The position numbers and the translations under genes are program-made. Shown piece after piece: positions 54,953 to 64,000 of a stretch of 64,000 bases of DNA (positions within the stretch are counted from its first letter, which is position 1; each line of letters opens with the position of its first letter). Source of the DNA: Vicugna vicugna (taxonomy: Eukaryota); contig MU058423.1 of assembly GCA_013265495.1 (NCBI GenBank), forward strand, positions 7,698,721 to 7,762,720, given 5' to 3'. The notes beneath the pieces are model-generated. The model had not been told where the DNA came from and searched no databases. It saw only the letters and a program-made list of their open reading frames with translations.

Positions 54953-56614
54953 GTGGAATCACATAAAGTTATATATCATCCTTTCTAGTATGCAGTCTCA
55001 TAATAACTAGACAGGATGGCAAGCTACTTGTTTTGTTGCCTTTGCCACCTTGTTGAAATCAAGGCATCATGGAACTATCGTTATATAAACAAATCAGCTA
55101 GCTAACTGGTTTTTGAAACTTGAAATACAAAAGGAAAAGTTAAGGGCCCTGTTCACATGCTTGATCCAAAAGCAACAGAAACTAGCCTTCAATGTAAAGG
55201 ACCTGTAGTAAAGGGAAAACAGCGAGATTTTGGAAGCTGAAGGAGAAGAATTCTATGAAGAATGACCACCACATAGCACCCACCCGAATTCCTTCAGAGG
55301 AAAAAGAGTTAGGCTTATATCCATCATCCCTGTTCCTCAGGATACATCAGGATGGAGAAACAGCCTGGGGGGGGGGAGGGGGTCTAAACCTCTGTTCGTG
55401 TGACTATTACAACAGGATTTCCAACACACCTTCTTATTCTGCTGATAAGTTATCCTACCTTCTGGGCCATGTCCTTAAAATGCACTTCTCTGGTCCTCTT
55501 TGTCATTTCGGGTTTTGTTTGTTTGTTTGTTTGTTTTTTGTCATTTCATTTTTTTCCCCACTGACTAGGGTACCAATGGGAAGAAAAGACCTTGAGCAAC
55601 TACCTGCAATCCAAAGATGAAAGCTGTCCGTAAGTGGTTAGCAGAACCTTCCATCGCTAGCCCTAGACTACTGATCTTTTGACAGCTACAAAAAGGAGAG
55701 ACAAACTGTTACTTGTTTAAGCAGATTTTTGGTCTTTCTGATATATCAGCTCAGACTGTCCTCTAACACAGGGAAGTAGAAGGCAAATCAAATACAGCCA
55801 AAGAGGTCACGGTATTTGGGTATTAGTCAAAGTGAAATGGGAAACTTATCGTTTAAACAGGGAAGACATCACTGAACAGTTGGAGTAGAACTCAAGAGAT
55901 GTAAACAAGAAATACAAATTAGTGACTGGTTTGATTATAGGTAGTTACTGAAATCCTGATGCATATTAGATTCCAAAAGAAGTGGAATAGAGAAAAAAGG
56001 TGCAGGTCATGTACAAACTGGGGGAACTCCAATATGCAGAGCAACTGGTAGAAGTTAATTATGGAGGTTAATTAACAAACAGAATAGAGAAGGAATAGCC
56101 AGAGAAGTAGAGAAATAAAATGCTAATAAAATAACCACAGTTGCCCTAATTTCTATAGTAAACATTCAGAATATTTTTCCTTGGGGAATTTATATTTTAT
56201 TTATTTTATACATAAATTTCACCCAACTATCAGATATAAGAATTGTATTAAACTCAAATGAGTTTAATAATAAAAAGGAAAAATAATTGAAATATACATA
56301 GATTCCTCAAATTTCAGATGCTTACCTTCCAAAATTAAGCCCTCATATCAGAATATTAACTGGATGTATGAGAACACCAGCCTCATCTCAGTAAAGAATT
56401 TCAGATGCTTCATTAAGTATAAAATAGAATGTAAAGTGGAAGTGTAACATAGAATAATAGTAAAACATACTTTGTTAAGTGTAAAATTACTCTCTGTCTC
56501 CTGTTCTGAATGATTGGTTTTCTGCCATCTTTTGCATTTTCCCCACACAGATCAGTAAACCACATGAAAATATTTCCTCACAAGCTAAGCCTTTTACCTT
56601 TTAGTAAGTGGATA

Positions 56615-57035
56615 CCTATCAATCAGATTCCTGGGAGAAAATAGATGGCCAATTCAAACAAGGAACTTTAATGAAAGATTCATTTACAAGGTTAAGGAAA
56701 ACTGACAAGAAATGGTGCAGTGCCTTGGGGCCAGCAGCAGCAGAGAGCAACTACTATCCCCCACCTGAAGGAAGAAGAGGAGTCAGCAGCTACTGGAACT
56801 GGACAGAAACACACCTGTGAGAGAAGTTTACCCAAAACAAACTAGAGTGTAGGATAAAGACAGAGAGTCAGAGGAATAAGTGTATCAGCTTCACTTTCCT
56901 CCTGCCTTCTGATGTCCTACCAGTGCATCCTATTGGCCAAATCCAATCAGAAGTCAATTATCAGCTCCTCTTCTCCCAAAAATGCTGCAGGAGAAGAAGG
57001 GTAGAGAGTGGATCTGGAGATGCAAACTGAAAAAA
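56615..57035 (-). mobile_element. ERVL LTR (LTR33-like)
   Basis: tcctcctgccttctgatgtcctaccagtgcatcctattggccaaatccaatcagaagtc...agggtagagagtggatctggag. Confidence 0.7.
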
Positions 57036-59034
57036 GGTACCTCTTCAGTAGATGAAGATTCTGGTTATAGTGGAATAGGTACTATGAATAAATATGGTGT
57101 ATTGTGGGAATGAATGATATAGCAGAGGAAATCAAAAATAGGAACAATATCTTAGCTTTTCCCCAGAATGAGAATATTTATGGTATGATACCCAGTGACT
57201 CTAAACTCTGCATAAAGACAAAGGACATCTGGGTTTTATGTGTCCGCCAGATGGTGTGGGATGCTCAAAGAACTGGGTAGCTAATTTTACACAATAACCA
57301 CTTCTAATAGGAGTTTTATGTTAAAACCTCAGACATGCCTTTACCAGCAATTGTACGCCAAGTCTGGCTATAATAAATGTGCTTGATTTTATAGCTAATT
57401 CTCCAGAAATATCACTTTTTTGCCTTCCTTCAAAATCTTTGCCCTGTTCAGCAACTCACGTTTTAATTCTATAACCTTCACCGTTTTGATCTTTTTCTGC
57501 CCTGAAGTAGTAATTCCCACTATCCTGGGCACATATATGCTATTGTGCATTTGCTTAGGAGATTTGGAGATACTTTTTTGCCATGAATAACAAAAGCCCT
57601 ATTTCCTGAGTACTAAGGAAATTCCAATTACTACTTCTATCTTTTCCTGAGGTCCTTTAATGGCCTTTAAGCAAATGTTGCTCTCTTCCCTAAAAGAGTT
57701 GCTGCCTGTGCAATTTTCTCAGCTTTTAAACCTCATCACAATTTAAACAGGTTTTGAATGATCTTCCCACTTTGAGCCAGAACACAGATTTGAGTTTCTT
57801 GTGCTGTCTAATTTGCTGTCGCAGAAATGCTTCTTTATACTTTACCTACTTACAGGCCACACCCCTCATATAAATGATGGGGGATACAGATGTGGCAAAG
57901 CACTCATCTCCCTGCAGTTAGTTCTGTCTTTCATATTATCCAGTTTCTGTTTTCCCCCATTGGCGTCTACCAGCTTGTTTAAAATAAAATTGCATGCCTC
58001 CTGCATGTTGGCATTTTTCATCTATCTGAATTGAATTTTATTTCCTTTTCTCAAATTGAATCAGTGCTTGTGGGAAGGATTAGCTTTCAAGGAGTGAAGA
58101 GCAAAGTCCCTCCGTCCCTCCCTTCACGGTCATGAGGTGAGAAGAGCAAACACTTCCATATTTTATGCAAACATTTCCTTTTTTTCCCTAAAACTGAAGG
58201 TCAGAAAGTGACAACTATTTGATAATGGTGAAGGTTCATTCAAAGTTTTGCATGTGTAACCAACTGAAACACAAGTCTTTAATGATGACTATTTCAAGAC
58301 ATACTGGACTTTCAGTGAATGAATTTTCTATTTTAAGTCCTTCATTCATAAATTAATGAAAACATATTCTCCTCTCAATTACGTTTCCCACTTATAATTC
58401 TTCAAAAGCCCCTCATTATCCTAAAGATAAAATGCAAACTCTTCAGTGTGGCACAGAAAACTCCCACACTGCTGTCTGACCTCATCCTGCAGACACTTCA
58501 GTAATAGCCGAGGGTCCCAACGTGCTCTTCCTCACACCCCCACGTTTTGGGACTTGCTGGTCTCTTGGCCTTAAATGAACACCATGCTCCTCCCAAACCT
58601 GCTTCTGTATACATTTATTTCCACCACCAGCTATAATGTGCTTTAAGACTAATTTAGGAATCACTTCTATAAAGCTATGCTCAGTGTTAGCTGAACTGAG
58701 AAGAGAAAGCAATTGATGATCAGACTTGTATCAATGAAAGGGAAAGCTATGCAGAGCGGGCAAAAATTCCGTTTTTACTCTTATTTTTATATATCCATAC
58801 ATCCCTGGTGCTGTTCTAGCTACTGGCAATATAACCATGAGTAATGAGGGCCCATACCCTCTAGGACATGGTTACCTCTGGCTGAATAAACTCATCTGTA
58901 AATCAGTATTTACAGCACATTTAATAACTGTTACATTGACAGTGTTAAAGAATGCTAGAATAAATCTCTTCTTTACCTCAGCTTCAGCAGAGAAATGAGC
59001 AAGAGAGATGACAGGGTATACCTCCAACCCCATA

Positions 59035-60270
59035 TGTGGTCCCCTCGTCAAGATCAAAGATATAAAAAGGATATGAAAAACTGACAAAGCGGGTAAAAAG
59101 AAACTTGCTTACATCTCTTGGATCCCTCATCAAGCTCAAGGATGTAAAATGTGTTTGAGAGAGGAAATGAAAAAACAACAGTAACAAAACCCAAAACTAC
59201 TGGAGAGATTTCCTCTGAGTGAAGTCTCCCTCTCCAGATACGGGTGATGCCACCTTCTACCACAAATCCTGGTGAAGAAGGACCACTGGCAGAACTCTGA
59301 CATAGATTTTCTGTGGTTAGACACATAAAACTGGCACCAGACCCCATTGAGGCTGACTGCGGACTGGGGCTGGCTTACCTGTAAAGAATCTAGAGGACAA
59401 GATAAAAGCTGACTACCTGCTCTGGAAGCAGACCAAGGAGAGTGATAATGGAATCTACCTGGATTCCTAGAGTCTGTCAAGGAAAAGGATACATGGCAAT
59501 TTCCACACACCGTCTGGCAGTGGGGAAAACAGGCATTACGAAACCTTTGAGTCCTGCCCAATACAGTGGCCCAGAAACATGAGGAGACTTCAACAGAAAG
59601 AGTATGAAGTTGTTCAGCCAGCTGCCCAGGACAGAGAAAAGAACTCCTCTCTGAGTGTGGTGCAACCACTAACGTCAACTGAATTGCAAGAAGGAGAGCC
59701 CAGCAGGGAATCTGTAAAGATCCCAAGGCACACAGTGAGACGGTCAGCTTCAGTCACCTGCCTCCCCACACACCAAATACAACTAGCAGCCCAGTGGGTA
59801 CAAAGACCCTCAGCTAAGTCAGAACTGGCTTACTTCCCACTGCTGTCCCATCGCTATGCACCACCCCAAAACTTCGACTTTGGCAGGGCGTTAACTCCTA
59901 TCAGAATGGAGGAGACAAGTAAGGAAGAAGACAAGTAAGAAAGAAGAGCTACTAACCATGCTATAGGCTTCCAGTGTGAAACCAGCTGGAGATGAATGAG
60001 AGAAGAATATTTAACAGAGAAAAGCTTCTGTTCTTTGATCATTACAAAGGACATGCTAATTTCTCAATCAAGACTGTGTTTGCTACTTGAAGTAACTTTG
60101 GAGCTGTCTGTTTCTTCTGTCAAAATATTAAAAAAAAATCTAATAGAACTTTAATTTCAGGACAGAGAAGTTCACTCTCACTGAAAAGAAGCATTGAGGA
60201 TCAATAAAAGTCAAAGAGAAATTGCATTTTGATGATAATTTACAAGTCATTTACGCTCAACAGAGAACAA
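59035..60270 (+). mobile_element. Ancient mammalian Gypsy-type LTR (MamGypLTR-like)
   Basis: Collinear resemblance to the MamGypLTR consensus as I recall it (atgaggagacttc..tgaagttgttc; gatcccaagg..gtcagcttcagtcacctgcc; taggcttcc..; tttgatcattac..gagactgtgttt-like ..ttgaagtaac). The left boundary is uncertain. Confidence 0.6.
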
Positions 60271-62299
60271 AGCTCAATTTATTCTCCAAAAATCATTATA
60301 GGTGACTTTTTTCTTTTATTTGATGTTTCTGTATTTTTAAAAAGGGAAAGAAAACAACACAGCTGATTTTACCAGCCATCATTTACATTAATCGTTTGTC
60401 AAAGTTCCTACTACAAGGAAAGCTCTTGGCTAGGCACTGCAGATCAAAACATGGGGGAGCGGGGGAAGAGCTGCACAACGTCAAGTCCAAATTCCATACA
60501 TGTTTAGGCACTGACTTGTGAATCTCTGCAAACTGCTATCCCTGTCGTTCTGACCATCACCCCTACCCCGTGCAACACTGGCCCCTCAAAAAAAGAAGAA
60601 AGAAAGAAAGATGATGATAACAGTGAGAAGTGACTGACAGTAAACTTCTTATGTAACTTCAGAGAACACTTCTATACCTATTTCACGGAAGGCAGAAATG
60701 GTGCAGGGCAAAAAGGAGTCAGTACTTCAATAATCTGGAGAATAAATGCAAAAAATGGCAGAGGTATTAATAGAAAAAGTGAGGCCATTATGAGTGTTCG
60801 AAAAGAAGCCAAGAAGAGGTGAAAAAGATGCTAAGCAGCTGAATCTTGAGGTCTTCCCAAAATTTCCCATACCCCTCAATGCACATATTGCTATATATAG
60901 TTTCGTATTTTAGAATTTTTTTTAACATGCTAGCTCTAAAGCTGAAATCTTGTGTGAAGTTTTTATGCCCAGTTTCTTGGGTCACTTTGTAAGTCGTACC
61001 TCTCAGCTATGAAAATATATTTATTATTTAGCTTCCAACCAATGATGGGAATTTGGTTTTTACTACCACACAGTCTCCCCTCACTGTCTGCAGTAAATCT
61101 TTATCTCCTGCTTTGTGAAACACTGCATGATTATAAATCATAACAATATTAATGACTTTATTACACAGTCCTTTAGTTTGTCAGGGACTAGTGTCATTAG
61201 AAAAAGTATTTCTGGAGGTGTTTTCTCCTATCTATAACTTTATTTACTAGCCTCAAATATTTTAAAAGGATTTCTTTATTCAGTAAAGATGTCTAATGTT
61301 AAAAATTATTACAGCTCTGCTCTTTCTGACTAACAAAGAATGCTTGACACATGGTATACAATAGGGTCAAAGAACGGAGTATTGAAAGCAAAATTAAATA
61401 GATTACAAAACACAGTATTCATCTTAAATATGTTACTGCAATTTACAAAAGACTTAGATCATTTAGTTTACTCAACTTAAGTTTCTCTACATACAAATTA
61501 GATGTAAGATTACAGCTAATAAAAATTAGCTTCTTTTTTAGATTCTTCATAAAACAATTAATTGCTGGGAAGTTTACAAGTCATTAACTGTAAAAATACA
61601 GTTCAGAGAAAGTTTCATTGCCATCATCTTCCTTTGCCAATTCTGTAGATGATCTTTCCTTTGATAAACTGGCATATGCAAAAAGATGTCTCCTAGAGCC
61701 ACTGAACATTCTACACATAATATCCAAATAATTATCATCATAGTATCCCAATACTCAGAATCAGAATTTTCTTTCCATTTGATTTATTCTTAAAATAAAG
61801 ATTCATTTAAATGTACTGTGTCTTCTCCAAACACTCACAAGTTTAGCAGTATCATGAGCATGCATGGTTTCTTCAAGTAGATGAAAGAATGGAACATTTC
61901 AAGAGTCAGCGACCTCCCCATCTCTATAAGAGTTCAATAAAGACTGGCTAACACGGGCTATGGATGCAGTGACAGGACTTCCCCAGTAGGACTAACAGTT
62001 CTAGAGTTCTAGGTAACTCTATTTCTCCTCCATCTGTAGAGGATGACAATGAGGTACCCTGTCAGGAGATACTAGGAAGCTTAAGAAGGAGCCAATCAAA
62101 ATGGAGAACTGGGCAGTCATATATAAATATAAAAAGAGAATCACTGAGGCAATTCAATAAACCCACCTGGGGGGAGGGTACAAACACAGGCAGACTGTTC
62201 TGCCACACAGCATCGTCTCTAACACCAAGCAGCTCTTTTACGAGTGGCAAGTACAGGATGTAATGTCGACATAACAGGAACGGGTTGTTTTACAAATGC

Positions 62300-62770
62300 T
62301 GTTTTTCTAGGCACGTGGAGCTGGAATCATGTTAGCAGAACTATACCGAGCCCTATACCCAGGTCATTTTCCCCAATAAGATGTACCCCAAGTCTTGTTC
62401 TGGGTTTGTGGCAGGCTTCGCTAACCACTGTGCCCAGTTAAAGAGCAGCCACAGTGACTTTGAGTTATGCTTCCATCCGCAACACCCCAGGCCCACAAGT
62501 CAGCATTTCCACTCAACGACTCTGACACTTACGGCATCTCACGGTGCAGACAGCAGTTATTGTGAGATGCCGCCCCTAGTTATCCAGGCAATCTCTCAAG
62601 GTACCAATTGTTGTTTTTGTTACTGTTCTGGAGACACAATTAAATGGGTTTTGGGCAATTTGTCCCAGCCCCATTTCCCCCATAAGCTATATAATTTCCA
62701 GTATATAGTTTTTCAGAATGCAGGGTTTTTCAAGAATCCAAGTGTGATGTTACAACAGAAACACCCGTAC
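62300..62770 (-). mobile_element. Old TcMar-Tigger-like DNA transposon remnant
   Basis: The reverse complement of 62650-62770 (cgggtgtttctgttgtaac...gaaaaaccctgcattctg...gcttatgggggaaatggggctggg) resembles the termini of old Tigger elements. A partial inverted match (cgggttgtttt) lies at ~62281. Confidence 0.5.
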
Positions 62771-64000
62771 ATGTTACCCTCTGTAGAGAGACTAAAGGGT
62801 ATGCAACGCTGGTTTTGTTCGAATTATATGACCAGGTCTCCTTGTTTTGACTTCCTTCGCTTGAAGCGACTTCTGATAATTACCGGTCAGTCAAATGCAA
62901 ATACCCAATCCGCTTGTCAAATTTCTCATGGGAAATTATAAATTTGCATTTTTATTACATATGTCAATCTCTTATAAACTTGGTTAACAGGTATCAGCAA
63001 CAATTCAGTCAAGTTTAAGCACTAATCAAATTGAGTTTCTGAGCTTAAAAAACTGAGGACCAGACTCTGAACTCCTGGGAACTAACAGAGATTAATGATG
63101 CCCTCTAAGGTCTTAACTCAGCAACCATCTCACTTCATCTAAGGCTGACACCCCTTCCCACCTTGCTGTGCACCCTTTTAGGATGTCTAATTACTATACT
63201 GCAACACAATGGAGACCAATTTGGATCCAAACCCCCAACTCTGAATAAATCAGTTAATAAATCAATGTTATGCACTAAGAAATGATGGTATTTACTGGGA
63301 ATTTAGAAGTATGTGGTTTTGAGATCTGAGAACTATCTAGTTCAGCTTTATGTTTCTAACCCCTGGTTTATGTAACAGTAAGGAAAATTTATTCCTATAA
63401 TATTGCTGCAAAGGAAAGCAGTATAAATGATACGTCCATATACACTGTAGCCTCTGACAAAGGAAGTTCTTAGGTGGCTCAGAGCATCTCCTGGGGCCAC
63501 CACATCAGTAGAAAGCTCTATAACTATCTTATCCAAAATCGCAGCCTCAAGTCAGTCAGAAGACGATACACATTCTATTTAAGAGAAAAATAAAATCACT
63601 TTCCTCAAGACTCCACTCTCATGCTCAGACAGCTTAGTCAGGAAATTCTTAACTCTTCTGCAAACCTAATCTTCACCGCCTGCTCAGAGAGAGCAAACAG
63701 GACCACATTCTAAAATTATGATTAAAAAAGCTTACATGCTCTGAAGAAAACTTGAGATGTATCTAATCTTTATGCTCTTCTGACCCCCAAAACTACAATA
63801 TAATTTTGAAAAAGGACTCTGAATTAGTGGAATAATCTTGAATTTAACACTAATAAACTGTCTGAGTTGGGAAAACCATGAGACCACTCTGAGTCTGTTT
63901 TCTCTGAGTAAAATGGGACCAACAGTGTCCATCATGCCTGCCACCTCACGGTGTAGCAAAGAACCACTATGAAAAATGCAATCCATTATGATGGGTTATA

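Larger units (their letters stand above)
26771..64000 (+). other. OLFM3: OLFM3 intron 1 (partial)
   Basis: Begins with a GT donor. I did not see the next OLFM3 coding sequence (..[22 protein letters not shown]..) in the window. This intron is known to be very long in mammals. Confidence 0.8.

Noticed and set aside
55130..55770. Possible old MaLR/ERVL LTR fragments
   Set aside because: The resemblance is too weak and fragmentary to assign a family or boundaries by eye.
59136..59938. Possible processed pseudogene suggested by long ORFs
   Set aside because: I recognise no protein, poly(A) tail or TSD, and the nucleotide text fits an LTR fossil better.
26771..64000. Search for the OLFM3 alternative first exon or exon 2
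   Set aside because: I found no matching peptide in the ORF track or by eye. A short exon could have been missed without an alignment.

Overview
This window is AT-rich mammalian genomic DNA, most likely from a camelid (alpaca, llama or camel), judged from two Vic-1-type tRNA-Ala-derived SINEs and camelid-type L1 3' UTRs. The only protein-coding feature I can support is the first coding exon of OLFM3 (olfactomedin 3 / noelin-3 / optimedin) on the + strand. It runs ATG 26702 to the splice donor after 26770 and encodes the signal-peptide segment MQATSSLLNLLLLSLLAGLDPSK. It lies in a small CpG-rich island with a near-consensus REST/NRSF RE1 site, a candidate Pax6 site and an interrupted GCC/GCT repeat that is read by a 49-codon Cys/Arg-rich upstream ORF. 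About 26 kb upstream is intergenic. The 37 kb downstream is intron 1, with no second exon recognised. The rest is transposon fossils: L1, L2, MIR, MaLR/ERVL LTRs, a MamGyp-like LTR and a Tigger-like element. One is a compound L1 locus at 16-18.6 kb with an inversion, a nested insertion and a doubled 3' UTR. Repeat family names come from recalled consensus similarity, not a database search, and repeat boundaries are approximate. I see no convincing new multi-gene system. The best leads are regulatory features at the OLFM3 5' end.
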